A stretch of DNA of 64,000 nucleotides from Lama guanicoe (GCA_013239625.1 MU054338.1:3867371-3931370); one strand, 5' to 3'. Counted from the first letter of the stretch, positions 1-12,189 are shown. The notes: generated by a model not told the origin, from the letters alone. Translations and numbers: made by a program.

Positions 1-43
1 CCCATGTACGCGCAGCTGGCGGCTCCAATCCCGAAGCTGTGGG
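1..43 (-). CDS. NDUFA11: NDUFA11 exon 4, partial (THSFGIGAASCAYMG...), runs off the window
   Basis: Acceptor ctctcccgctctcgcag|; frame continues from exon 3. Confidence 0.9.
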
Positions 44-1281
44 CTGCGAGAGCGGGAGAGGTGGCATCAGGTACGTGGTGGGGCTTGCCCATGCCCGTCC
101 CAGGAGCCGGGCTGTGACCCTGAGAGGACGGCCCTCCCTCCAAGAGTGGGCCACTGGCACGATGGACTCCTCGGGGACTGAGTCCCCGGACCCTCCAACT
201 GAAGATGTGTGTGGAGACGGAGGTAGGCTGTTGCGTCCAGCAGGGGTCACGGGTGACATGTGGTGGGTCCCAGCCCGGGTCTGCCCTGTGGGCCACGAAG
301 CAAAGCAAAGAGCGCAGGATGCCCGCTGAGGAGAGCCGCCACAGAGGGTGCGGGGCTCACACCCCACCGCAGACGCAGGGGCATGTGCCAAACCCAGACC
401 TCAGCCCAGGTCTCGGAGCAAAGGCCAGGACAGCGCAAGCCTTCCTCCCCAGCGCCCTCCCAGGGGCCGCAGTGCTTTGTCTGCATGGCCTCCTTTCCTC
501 CCGCCGCGGCCCGAGGCTGTGGGAGGCGGGAAGAGCGGTGTCTGCTTCCTATTCCCTGCGGCTCCGTTGTGCCAGGCTGGCCCGGGGGCCCCGCCCTGCC
601 TCCCATCAGGGTGGCATCCTTCCGCTGGTTCCTGGGTGACCCGGGACCACCTGATCCCCGCTCTGAGCCTCAGTCCCTGCACGTGTAAAGTGGGGGTGGT
701 GGGAGCAGCTCCCCAACAGGCTGTGCAGTCAGTCAACTAGCACCGCCATCCCTGTGCTCAGGGGCTGGTGGCGGAAGCAGGCAGTGACCTCGTGTTCTCT
801 GACAAGGCACAGCAGACAGAGAGATCAGAAGTGAGGGCAGACTGCACATCGGAGGGTAAGGAGGGGGAGAGGGAGCTGTGATGACGCCGAGGGGAGGGCG
901 TTCAGGCAGGGACACAGCTTGTGCAAAGGCCCTGGCATGTTGGAGGAACAGCGAGGAGGCCGTGTGGCTGGAATGGAGAGAGTGAGGAGGACAGAGGGAG
1001 GAAGCGAGGGCAAGGAGAGGACGGGACAGGTCGTGCACGACCCTGGGGGCCACGCTGAGTGTCACGGAGCCACGGGCGCGCAGGAGGTGCTTAGATGGCG
1101 GCTGTTAGTACTGTCAAACTGGCTGGGGGCCGAGGTTCAAAAGCACTGGGAGCTTTCAGGACAACTGTCTTCCCCTCTGCTGGGGTGAGCATTCTGCACA
1201 CCTGGCCCCTCCTGGTCCCCAGTCTGGGAGAGAATGGAGAGGGAGGAGGGTCAGCAGAGTCAGGGGTGGGGGTTCACTCAC

Positions 1282-1404
1282 TGCGCGCTCCCAGGGTCAA
1301 GCCTCCGGCGCAGCCTCCGATGAAATAGTTCAGAGGGTCATCGGGCTTCTCTCGGACCTGGGCGCTGATGCAGGAAGTGAGGCCGAATATGGCACCGATG
1401 GCGG
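1282..1404 (-). CDS. NDUFA11: NDUFA11 exon 3, [41 protein letters not shown]
   Basis: Acceptor cctgcag|, donor |gtgagt; 123 nt; [18 protein letters not shown] (Tim17/22-like fold) motif. Confidence 0.97.
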
Positions 1405-1509
1405 CTGCAGGGGCAGAAGAGTCTGAGTCAGGGGCCCAGAGGGGCGTTGATGACCAGATCGGTGCCAGGAGGACCCCCAAGAAGCCGAGAGGCCCGCAGG
1501 CCCGCTCAC

Positions 1510-1602
1510 CTGCGGTGAATGTGTGCCGCCCTGTCCTCGCCACTCCCTCCAGGAAGGAGCCCGGGGGCCAGAGTGCGATGCTGTAGGCAGAGACCATCAG
1601 GC
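1510..1602 (-). CDS. NDUFA11: NDUFA11 exon 2, [31 protein letters not shown]
   Basis: Acceptor tcctgtag|, donor |gtgagc; 93 nt, phase 1-1. Confidence 0.95.
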
Positions 1603-4600
1603 CTACAGGACAAGAGGGGTCAAGCGGGTCAGACCTGGGCCTCCAGCAGCAGCCCAGCAGGGGGAGGCCCCTCTGCCATCCTACACGCCAGCTCCCTTCG
1701 TCCCCACGGCACCCACCACGACAGCTCCCAGCACCACCCCTTGGCCAGGGAGGGACTGTTACAGGGCTCACCCAGGGTCCCACAGCTGCTGAGCTGGGAC
1801 TCGAACCTGGCTCTCCTGCTCCAAGGCCTGAGCCCTTACCCTCACTCCAAGCCACCAGGCCTGACCGATGCTAGCTCCTGCAGAACACTGCCTGCGTCAC
1901 CGTGTCTGGCCCTCCGCCGGGCAGCAGCCCAGCACACGGCAGACACAAGGATGAGCCTGGGGCCTTGGCGGCTGGGCTGGCAATCTGGTCCCCCTCCCAT
2001 CAAAGGTTCCATTCTGCTGTGGGGCCCAGGGCTCCTTGGCAGAGGCTGGCTTCCGGGGCTGCCAATGCCTCCCCCTCATGGCGGCTGGGCCCCCTCTGGG
2101 TGGGCAGCTCAGCCTGGGCTCGTCCCTCACACCTGGCTGGCTTGGCTGGCCACCCTGGTCAGCTTTTCTGACTCTGCTGTCGCCCTGGCTGCCCTGCCCC
2201 TGATGTTGGCTTTTACGCGTGAGGGGCTCTGGTTGAGGAGGCGGTACCTGGAGCCAAGTGCCGGGTGGGTGGCAAGGATCAATGTTCTGCCCTGGGGCAT
2301 CCTGAGTGAACGCTGACCTGGGCCAGTGTGTGGGTTTGGGGAGAGGCTGGGGCACTCTCGGGCGGCTTCCCCAACGAGACCCTCCTTGGTGGACAGGTAG
2401 ACCAAACCCACTTGGCTGGTTCTTTGCCACCAGGACAGCCCAACACAGGGCTCTCCACCCGCCAGCTGACCCTGCTCAGGGCAGACAACCACTCCCCTCC
2501 TTACAGACCCTCAGTGTGGCCCAGTTGCCAGCAGAGACCCCTGGGACTAGCCCATCCCAGATAAAACAGAAGTGGCATCTGCCAGGCGGCTAGGGCTCCC
2601 ACCACCCCATCCACCCCCTCAGGGCCCAGGGGGCTCAGTCTCCTCTTATCTGTCACTTGGCAGGAGGGGAGGGGCCCTCAGACATGCATAGCGACTTGCC
2701 CAACGTCACCGGCAGAGCAGCTTGGAAGCCAGGTGGGTCTGACCCAAAGGCCAAGTGCTACCCTTCAGTGGTGCCCAGGGACACAGGCCCCACCCAGTCC
2801 CCAAGACTCTATCTTCTATTGCCTGCAGGCCCCCAGATGACCTTCCCAGCTGAGCAGTGTCCCCCCAGCCTTGGCTGGGGTTCATCTTCAGAGCAACCCT
2901 GAGGACGGCCAAGATAGCCCTCGCCACTTCACAGATGGGGAAACTGAGGCCCAGGGATGAGGGGGAAGGAGCCATATACACGGACGGCTCCCATGGGCAA
3001 GGCGCCCATCTGGGAACCCTGCAGACCTCATTTCTCCCAATCCCACGATGAACCCTAGGGTCCCTGCTCACCCTCAGAGGGGCTGAAGGCTGGGAAGAGG
3101 GTAGTAGGCTGGAGTCTGCTCTGGGGCTCCCCACCTCCCGCGCCTAGCAAGCTCCCATCCTCAATCTCTCACACATGCCCCCACCCAGCTTGTAAAGAGA
3201 CTTAAGTAGAAGGGGCTTCCTGTCCCGCCTGGACCTGGTGAGGCGTGATCTCCAGAGCTGGGCCAGGAACGAGGGAGCCACTGACAAGACTCAGCAGTGG
3301 TCCCTGAGCCCAGTCACGCAGCAAGCCCTGGGGGAACCTCATCCACCTCACCCACACACGCCTGCTGTCCTGGCCAAGGGACGCTCGGTTCGCAGGCCAC
3401 GCTGGACGGAGAGAGGGCCGCCACCATCCCACATCCCCTCACGAGTCCTCTAACTGGGAGTGGATGATCTGGAAGCCCCGGACTATCTCTGGGTCCAGGA
3501 CTGTCCCCCCCAACCCCCAGCTCTCCTCCAGCAACCATTCAGTAAGTGATGCCCACCTCTGCTCCAGGAGCCCACCTGACACCTCTGGCGCCACAGCCTC
3601 CCTCCCAGCACGTAAGGGTCTCAAACAGGCCCCCTTCAACCCCTGAGAAGAATCCCCCCAGCCTCTCCACTTGCTCCTGGCTCCCCACTGGCTTCCTGAA
3701 GTAACCTGCAGACACAGTGTACATTCATTCATTCACAAACAGTAACTGTGTGCCCACATTCACTCATTCATTTGTTCCAAGGCACTCATTCATTCTAGTT
3801 ACTATGTGCTGGGCTCCTCTAGAGTCCAGCCCCCTGCCCTCCAGGGGCTCATTGTCTCAGAGGAGTTCTCTGGGGTGAGGACCAGGGGAGGCAGGGGAGG
3901 GAGGAGGGGAAGGGAGGGGAGGATCCAGGAGAACCGTTTAAACCAGGTCTGGTAAGTTGAGTAGAGCTGGCCGGTGAGAAAATGCTGGTGGGGAAAGTGA
4001 GCAACACACTTGAAGACCCCTGGGGCGCAGCCGGGCTCACGGAAGCCAGTGACCACCCTCAAATCTGAGTCTCTCCATGACTGCCCGAGACAGCACCTCT
4101 GTCCAAGGTTCCCACCCACATCTGCTCACACACCCTCCAATGAGCCCCCACCTAGAGACTCCTCGTTCACTCGGCAGTACGCCACTCCTGGGACGCGCTG
4201 TCTTCCCCAGTGGCCCCTCAATGGGGTGTGCATCTGTGAGTGTGCACGTGTATTCCCCCTCACAAACGCCAACCTTATGTCCTTCTCAGTTTCGACATCC
4301 CCTAAACCCTTCACTACTCCAAATCTCCCTGCAGGCCCTACACGCCTCACAGGTGACGTCCTCCTGCTTTAATCTCCCCTGAGACGCCACCAGGACCCCC
4401 CATCAAGTTCTGTGGGGCGCTCCCCAATGTCAGCGTCCTACAGTATGAATCCACCAGAATGACATACTCCGACAGTGACCTCTCCACACACACTGCCCAG
4501 CCCTCCAGGGCTCTTGAAGTGCCCCCAGAGAAGTGCCCCTGACCATCCTAACAAAATGTTATTCCAGTAGATTGCACATAACCCATTCCCTGGGACTTCC

Positions 4601-5776
4601 CCTTCAGCTCGCTCCTGAAGACCCTTCATATGGACCCTGGAGGCACATTTCTTGCCCCAGTAACCCACAGGAGCAGATTAGCAGGCCTGGATTCGCAGCC
4701 CTGGCTCCAAAAGGCCCCTGGGGAGTGAATACACCTCCCTAATTTTGTTTCTGCCTCTGAGAAATAGAGATGGTAATCCTGGATCTCACTAAAGATGCAG
4801 AAAATGACAGGGATGATTAGGTCTACCTGAATGCAAATGCTGCCCAGTGTAGACTCAACTTCTGCCAGGCCCTGCTTCAGGAGCTGGAGACACAGAGGTG
4901 GCTGAAACCATCATATCTACGCCTCAGGCTGAGACTGGAAAGGAGCCTGGAAGAGGCGAGACCCTGGGGTCTCCCCTGCAGGAGAATGCCAGGGCTGTGG
5001 GTCCCCACACACCCTTCAAGGCTACCCTTATAATAGCTGCTGACCCACTTCACCTATCGTTTCCTCAGCACTCCTACCACCCCTCTGGTGGCCCCAATAA
5101 AAGCTTCAGATGTCTCTGACCACCCAGCTCTCCTGGACCCTAAGAAGACTTCACCCTACTCCAACACCTTCTCAAATGTCTCCCCTCAGACACCTCAAAA
5201 ATAACCCATAATCCTTCCAAATAATCTCAAGTCACCCAGTTGGGAAATCTCAGAATCTTCCAGCTCCTGCGACCTCAATAATGGCCTTGCCCTACTCAAC
5301 CACTTCCCCAGAGCCTGGTGAGTGCTTCAATAATAAGCTCCACATCCCAGCACCCAGAGATTTTGATGACCTCATTGACCAGCTTGTCACATGGACGACG
5401 ACCTCCCAGGGCCCCTCCCCCAACCGGCCAGACCCCCCCCCCAACGTCTATCTCACACAAGAGTTCCCCGTGGTGGCCCCAGACACCCCGACGACGACCA
5501 CGTATCACTCCACGAGATTCTCAGCCCCATGGGACCCCCTCGGACAGCTCCCAGGGACCCCATGATCTCTCTGCGCCTTCTGAGTTAGTCCGTCATCCCT
5601 ACAAAGCTTATCTTGCACAAGAGCCCCCCAGCATCCCAAGGCCGCCCCAGACACTCCGACGAAAACCATATGCCACCCTGAAAGATCCGCAGCCCCTCCG
5701 GGACGTCCGCGGGCAGCCCCCAGTGACCCGACGACCTCCTGGCGCCCTCAGCCCTCTGAACCCGGCCGGCGCTCAC

Positions 5777-5873
5777 CAGCGGCACCACCGATACTGGTGC
5801 TGGCGTAGGCTTTGCGGTGGCACTCGGTGCCTTCGGGGATGTCCAAGTACTGGTGAAGAACCGTCTTACGCAT
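5777..5873 (-). CDS. NDUFA11: NDUFA11 exon 1 (complex I subunit B14.7), [32 protein letters not shown]
   Basis: ATG at 5873-5871; 97 nt; donor G|gtgagc; [11 protein letters not shown] matches the NDUFA11 N-terminus. Confidence 0.95.
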
Positions 5874-5943
5874 GACCGCGCACCCCAAGTCCCGCACTGC
5901 AAGACCCGCCGGCTCCCAAAGCCCAAGGGCAGATGCCGCTCGC

Positions 5944-5953
5944 TCTCGCGAGA
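5944..5953. promoter_or_regulatory. TCTCGCGAGA palindrome (BANP/CGCG element) with adjacent ETS-like CTTCCTG
   Basis: Exact 10-bp palindrome about 70 nt upstream of the NDUFA11 ATG. Confidence 0.75.
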
Positions 5954-6998
5954 CTTCCTGGGCGGCGCGCGCAGCCTCCCGAGAGGGCGGGCCGGCAACA
6001 AGCGAGCAACTTTATTGGGCGCCGCGGACGTGGACACGGCTTCGCTCAGGCGCTGGGGTCGGCTGGCATAAAGGAAGAGTGCTTGCACCCCTGGCCGACT
6101 TCTGGAGGGGAAAACTGAGTGCAAACAGGATCAGTAAAGACAGGTGTCGCTAGTTCCAGTTCAGAAAGTCCTGGGTCAGGAATGGTTTGAGTCCCAGGTG
6201 TAGGGCCTAAGTAGGGGCGGGACTATCAAAGATACTAGGCCAATCCACAGGCACGACATTGTACGAGAGCGCGCCCAAGTGATAGGAGCGAGACGACGTT
6301 ATGGGGCGGGACATGGGGAATGTGGCCACTCCCAGCACCAGAATCTGTGGGGAGGCGTGATCACGCCCTACGGCCCGTCTTAAACAGTAGTCTGAACAGC
6401 GTGTGACTATTTAGGGGCGTGGCCAGGCTCAAGGGCTTGACGCGAAAGCGTCCAATCCCAGTGCTAGGATTCTTAGCGGCACGTAGTCTGTGCCCAGTTT
6501 GTGGCTAGTCCAACCCCTGGGCGGGGTGCAGAATGCTCTAGGCTGGGTGTGGCCAGACCCGAAACATAATCTGAAGGGGAATTTGACCAATCCGGAGTTG
6601 TATAGTTGTCTGAGAGGCGTGGACGTGGCCAATGGCGAGAAGCGCAGCCGGTTCCGGGGGGCTTGGTCAGGCTTGTGGGCTCTGACCAACAGGGCGCGTT
6701 AGCTTCTGAGTAGGGCGGGGCCTGTCTCAAGGAGTGACCATTCCTGTTGCCAGAGTCTGAACTGGGGCGCCACCAGAGGACCGGGCCAATCTGGGGCGTG
6801 GTTTGTCAAGACCTTGGCCAATCTTGGAATTAGGCCGGGCTCAGGGGCGGTGTCTCGAGTTGCCGGAACCAGTGAGGGTGTTTGGGTTTGAGGAAGGCGC
6901 GACCTAGTCCTGGGGGCGGAGCCTGATTCAGGGGGCGTGGTTGAGGGTGGTTCCGGGCCGCCCGTGGGCGTGGCCGGGCCTGGACTGCGGCTGGGGCC

Positions 6999-7189
6999 AT
7001 GTCAGCGCCGCCGCCCCTGCAGATCCGCGAGGCGAACGCACACCTGGCGGCAGTGCACCGGCATGCGGCGGAGCTGGAGGTGCGACTGGACGCGGCGGAG
7101 CGCACGGTGCGCGCCCAGGCGGAGCGCCTGGCCCGCCACGACCAGCAGCTGCGCGCCGCCTTGGACGAGCTGGGCCGCGCCAAGGACCG
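6999..7189 (+). CDS. VMAC: VMAC exon 1 (vimentin-type intermediate filament-associated coiled-coil protein)
   Basis: gccATG; [21 protein letters not shown]...ELGRAKD; donor CG|gtgagg; 191 nt. Confidence 0.95.
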
Positions 7190-7892
7190 GTGAGGCTCGG
7201 GGCCGGCCAAGTTGACTTCTCGGAGGAAGTGGGCAGAGGTGGAGCCGAGATTGGAAAGGAGGACCGGCAGGGGAAACCGTGTGCATTCTCGTGGAGCTGT
7301 ACTATTGGTGGGATTGAAAAAACAAACACAATACTTGAATTAGTCGTCAGTATGTGAAGTTGAGAGTTGTCACACAAACGTGGGTATCTAACTTAAACAG
7401 GGGCCATTTTGATCACTAGGCAAAATCAGCTGGTCCTGAGTGATGCAGGGACCCCACCAACCACCTGCTATTGGAGCCATGGCAGGTTCTTGAGGAGGGG
7501 AGGATGGGATCATATCAGCAGTTTTGAAGAGTCCCTCTAGAAGGGTTAAAAGAGATGAGACAAGTACCTAGGGAGGAAGGAGGCGCTAAGGACTGGGTGG
7601 GAAGTAATTCAGAGCTTGTTGGATTCCTTACATCTTCACTGAGCACCTACTATGTGCCAGGCACTGTGCTCGGTATTAGGGCACATCTGTAAGACCTATG
7701 CAGCCCTGCCCTCAGGCAGACACACTGCTAGGCACTTACAGTCTGGGTGATCGGGGTTCTGATGGAGGGCCACACGACTCTGAGGGGGCCTGGCGAAGGC
7801 TTCCTGGAGGAACCGCTGTCTAAGGTGAACAACAGGAAAGGATGTAGTGGGGAAAGGGAACTGCAGGAAGAGCTAGAGGGATGGATGAGGGA

Positions 7893-8238
7893 GTGTGTTA
7901 GTCGGCTGAGGTTGTCGTTATATAATACCGTGGACTGGGGACTTAAACAGCAGCAAATTATTTCTCACAGTTTTGGAGGCTGGGAAGTCCAGGATCAAGA
8001 TGCTGACGGACTCAGCTCTTGGGAAAGGTCCTCTTCCTGGCTTGCAGATGGTCATCTTCTGTGTCCTCACATGGCACAGAGAGAGCACGCTCTCTGGTGT
8101 CTCTTATAAGGAAATCCTCACGACCTCATCTAAACTTTACCTCTCAAGGCCCCATCTCCAAATACTATGACATCGAAGGGGTAGGGATTTAACACATCAA
8201 TCTGGGAACGCGAGGACACAGACATTCGGTCCATGGCA
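7893..8238 (-). mobile_element. MaLR solo LTR (MLT1-like) in the VMAC intron
   Basis: TG...CA ends; ttctcacagttttggaggctgggaagtccaggatcaag; gtcctcacatggc. Confidence 0.8.
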
Positions 8239-8332
8239 AGGGGAGGGATGCTTTATCCTGACGGGGATGGAGGTTGGGGGCAGGGGGACAAGGACCTCTG
8301 GTTCTAACTGCCCCATCTTGCCTTCCTGCCAG

Positions 8333-8651
8333 TGAGATTGCGGCTCTCCAGGAGCAGCTGCTGACCTCCGAGGCTGCTGTCCAGAGCCTGCAGGCAGCTG
8401 TGCGCCAGAGGGACAAGCTCATTGGGCAGCTGCAGCCCCGGGCTGAGCTCCTGCAGGACATCTGCCGCCGCCGGCCACCCTTGGCTGGGCTGCTGGCCTC
8501 CCTGGCTGAGGCCGAGCGCCTGGGGCCTTTGCCGGCCAGTGACCCTGGCCACCCACTCCCTGGTGGGCCCAGCTCACCCCTTGCCAACAGTACTGGGGAG
8601 GAAGAGGACAGGGACCACCTCCAGCCTGTGGTGTTTGGGACCACTGTGTGA
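8333..8651 (+). CDS. VMAC: VMAC exon 2, [13 protein letters not shown]...VVFGTTV-stop
   Basis: Acceptor cttcctgccag|; 191+319=510 nt gives 169 aa; C-terminal TTV PDZ-type motif. Confidence 0.95.
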
Positions 8652-9394
8652 GTCCCAGAGCAGATTCCAGAATGGAGAAAGAGGGCCGTGATGGGGACTT
8701 TTTCCACTACCATGGGCATCCTTGGGTGTCACCAGTATCCCAGAGAGGACCTGGTGACAGAGCCATAATCCTGTCCAGGCACCAGAGCCTGCTATAGTCA
8801 CAGGTTTCAAATGAGTGGCCTGCAGGCCAAATGTGGATGCTTAGCCCGGACAGAAGTTTTTTTTTAAAAACCAAAACTTTGAATCAATCACTCTTGTTGA
8901 AAAACTGGCAGCGCTTAAGCAAAAATCTGGATTTCTGGCTTCAGACTGGACTGTGCCTGCCTGGATTGGAGTCCAGGGCACCCTCTTTAGCCAGAGTGTG
9001 AGTTTCTTGGCCCCCTTATCTCTTAGGGCCAGATGTCTGGCTGCTGAAGCATCTGTCTGCGACCTCTCTTTCTCCAGTGGAGGCAGATGGCATCAAGTTC
9101 CACATCATTTGAGGTTTTCTCCCCCACCCCCTGTTGCCTTGAGTCTTGTTCCTTCTGAAGCTCTCCCCATCCTAAATCTTTTTCTAGCTCTTCATCCCAG
9201 CCCAGAATTGGGACTCTCAAGCCTCAGGCCATTTTTCAGGTTGTATGAAGACAAACTTTAAATTCTAGGTATTTTTTCCCCTAATTCTGTCCTTCCCTTA
9301 GTCCAGGGAAGAGTGTGCACACGGGATACGTTGAGATGCTGGCTTTGCTGCCCAGGCAAACTTTGGGCATCCTGTAAAGCTTTCTCCGATAGCG

Positions 9395-9665
9395 TCCTGC
9401 CTCAGGGCCTTTACACAGGCTGTTCTCTCCTCCAAGAATGCTTGGCCCCAGATGTCACATGACTGGCTCCTGGTTACTCAGGTCTTTGCACAAATGTCAC
9501 CTCTGAGGCCTTCCCTCAATCACCTTATCTGAAGTAATCCTTCCCCACTCCCCTCCCACTGCCCCATTTCCTTTATGTAGCTTCTTACCATCAGACTGTA
9601 AGCTCCACGAGGACAGAGACTTTGTTGTTTGTCACCAGCACCTGGCACACCCTGGGACCTCAGTG
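9395..9665 (+). mobile_element. L2 fragment in the VMAC 3' region
   Basis: cctcagggcctttacac ... agactgtaagctccacgaggacagagac ... cctggcaca. Confidence 0.65.
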
Positions 9666-10167
9666 GGAACAGGATGGGTCTAGGGGCCCTGCAGGGAGCC
9701 AGGGGTCCTAGCACATCTGAGATCCTCCCCTACACACCCCAGCCAGTGCAGCTTTTGTAGCAGTAACTGGCTTATTTTTTACATTCCCTAGAGAATCTAT
9801 TTTTTAACTCCTTATCTCTACTCTGCCCTTCTTGGCCTGAGACATTTGGGGCACTTTGCTTTTATCAAACCAGGGAACCCTGTGCCCTCTGCCCAGCCCA
9901 AGTGCCCAGCCTGGTACCAGGACAGCTGTCTCCTGGTCTCCTGAACTCAGGGAATTGTCCCACCAGGAACCGCTGTGGGGCACAGCCCCCTCAGAGCCCA
10001 GAGCGCAGCGTCCATCCCGGGCCCCAAGGAGGGCGCCGCCTGCTGTCTAACAGGGACCCCTCAGCATGGTTAACAATGGCCCAGATTTCTCCTCGGGATG
10101 AATAAGGATTGGGGCGTGTTGCAGTTTGTACGAGGGGAAGGCAGGCTGGGGCCTGTCTGAGCTCAAG

Positions 10168-10173
10168 AATAAA
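10168..10173 (+). terminator. VMAC: Probable VMAC polyadenylation signal AATAAA
   Basis: Canonical AATAAA downstream of the VMAC stop, followed by a GU/U-rich tract (ttggttgttcctttc). Confidence 0.55.
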
Positions 10174-11654
10174 CCAAATGATTTCCTGGCCTTGGTTGTT
10201 CCTTTCTTCCTGGTGCAGGGGCTGCAGGTGGTCCCTGTGCAGTTCCTGGTCCAGGTTGGGGCCCTGCTGGGTGGGAAGACATGAGTTACAGTCCCGGGAG
10301 GTTGTGCAAGGCACCCTACTTGCCAGCATACCGTGTATCTGGTCTCCTCAGCCACCCATGGACACAGGCACTGCCCCATTTTACAGCTGTGGAAAGTGAG
10401 GCCTGGAGAGGTAAAGTGAAAGGCCCCAGGGTTGGGAGGGCCCCAGCCACTTCCAGTTTTTTATTGTGGAAGTTCTGATTCTCTTAAAGATGCGGAGATG
10501 CCAAAACAGAGCTATCATTATTGTGGTTACATCTTTACAGTTTTCTATAGAAAAACAGTTTGACATTTGTAATCCTCATAAAAATAACACAATGGACTAT
10601 TTCTTTGCCTACCCAAAGAATTTTGGACTGCAGCAAGCCACAAGAATTTCTGCAGTAGAAAGTCACTGCAGTTTCTCATAAAAACGATGGTGCTGCATCA
10701 GCTGTGGCTGGAATCACAGTGCCTGTCACACGTGAGCCACAGCTTGGATTCTGACTGCAGCAGCAATTTTTGACACCGCCATTGTGCCATGTCCAAGTCC
10801 AAAGTTTGAAAAGCCTCTGATGAGCTCTGGGTCTCTGGGTGGTGGGTCCCCCAACAGGGCCCACGTTTTAAGTCCTGGAAATCCAGCATCATTTGTGATC
10901 CTGCCTGTTGGTGGAGCGCTCTCAGTTGGCAAAGATGTCCAAAGTCCCCATCGCAGGCGCTCTGGGATGGCGGCCTTGGTTCCTCTCGGGTTATGTGTGT
11001 CGGGGGGTCAGGGCCGCTTCTCTGTCCAAGACCGCAGCCCCTGGCTCTGCTGCTTGTCACTCACCAAGTGACGTTCTGAGAACTAGAAACCAACCACCAA
11101 AACACTCATATTGACAAAAATACCAGGAATTACTCTGTCCAACTCAGCGCTGAGTCTGGAGGGCCCAGCTGTTTCAGCTCAGCCAGCACTGGTCTCAGCA
11201 CCTCCTGCTGGACGTGGGCCTGGGCCACCTCAAGCCCTTTAAACTCGGATCCCTCAGCAGCTTTGGCTGCTGCCCTGTGAAGAGCAGGGAACTGGTGAAG
11301 CCCAGAGAGGGGAGGGGACCTGCCCCAGGTCACACAGGAATTGGGCCTTGCCTCCCTCCATCCAGGACAGTGGTTCCTACAGGGCTGTAGCCCAACCCTC
11401 CTCCCTGTGGCTAGGACATGACTGTCCTCCCCCGCTCCCCCCCCACTCCTAGTCCGGGTCTGGCTCTATCCCAGCCCTGGGCACTGCAGGGCTGGGGGTG
11501 ACTGAGCAGGACAGTAGGTGGGCAGAGGTAGCAGCAAGAGCAGTGCCCTGTCCCTCTTGGCCTGCCATACACCCCCAGAGGGCTGTGCCTAGGGCCAAGA
11601 GGCCCTGGCACAGAGAGTGTTACAGCTGGGGCCCCTCCCAGTCTCCAGGGCACT

Positions 11655-11667
11655 GTCCCTTAGCAAC
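11655..11667 (+). promoter_or_regulatory. RFX X-box-like element in the CAPS promoter (GTCCCTTAGCAAC)
   Basis: TAGCAAC half-site about 80 nt upstream of the first CAPS donor (ccag|gtgagt at 11744). Confidence 0.5.
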
Positions 11668-11854
11668 AGTCCTGCTGGGCAGGACGCACTGCCAGCGTTG
11701 GGCAGAGAGGCCATCTGGAGGACTCCAGGACAGACAAAGGCCAGGTGAGTGAGCAGGGGCAGCTGGCCAGGGTGGGCTGGCAGCACCGGCCCAGAGCCTG
11801 GCTGGCTGAGCAGAAGGCCCCTGGATCTCTCTCCCACTCAGCTGCCCAGAGATC

Positions 11855-11937
11855 ATGGATGCTGTGGACGCCACCATGGAGAAACTCCGGGCACAGTGTC
11901 TGTCCCGAGGGGCCTCGGGCATCCAGGGTCTGGCCAA
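11855..11937 (+). CDS. CAPS: CAPS (calcyphosin) first coding exon, [27 protein letters not shown]
   Basis: atcATGG; acceptor at 11841 after a non-coding exon ending at 11744; donor AA|gtgagc. Confidence 0.95.
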
Positions 11938-12011
11938 GTGAGCTGTCCCCTCACACCTTCCTGACCCCCCAGGCCCACAGACTGCTTTCTAACTGTGCCC
12001 CCGCCCCCCAG

Positions 12012-12189
12012 GTTTTTCCGCCGCCTGGACCGGGATGGGAGCCGATCCCTGGATGCGGGGGAGCTCCAGCGGGGCCTGGTTGAGCTGGGGCTGGCGCTGG
12101 ACACGGTGGAGGCGGAGGGTGTGTGCAGGCGCTGGGACCGTGATGGCAGCGGGACGCTGGACCTGGAGGAGTTCCTGCGGGCGCTGCGG
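12012..12189 (+). CDS. CAPS: CAPS exon with EF-hands 1-2 ([24 protein letters not shown])
   Basis: cccccag| ... CGG|gtgagg; 178 nt. Confidence 0.96.

Larger units (their letters stand above)
5690..7220. promoter_or_regulatory. CpG-island bidirectional promoter shared by NDUFA11 and VMAC
   Basis: Divergent ATGs at 5873 and 6999; CpG-dense; many GGGGCGG/GGGCGTGG boxes and CCAAT boxes at 6210-6980. Confidence 0.85.

Noticed and set aside
1519-2316. 265-aa plus-strand ORF
   Set aside because: Non-ATG start, antisense to NDUFA11 exon 2 and intron, no protein-like features
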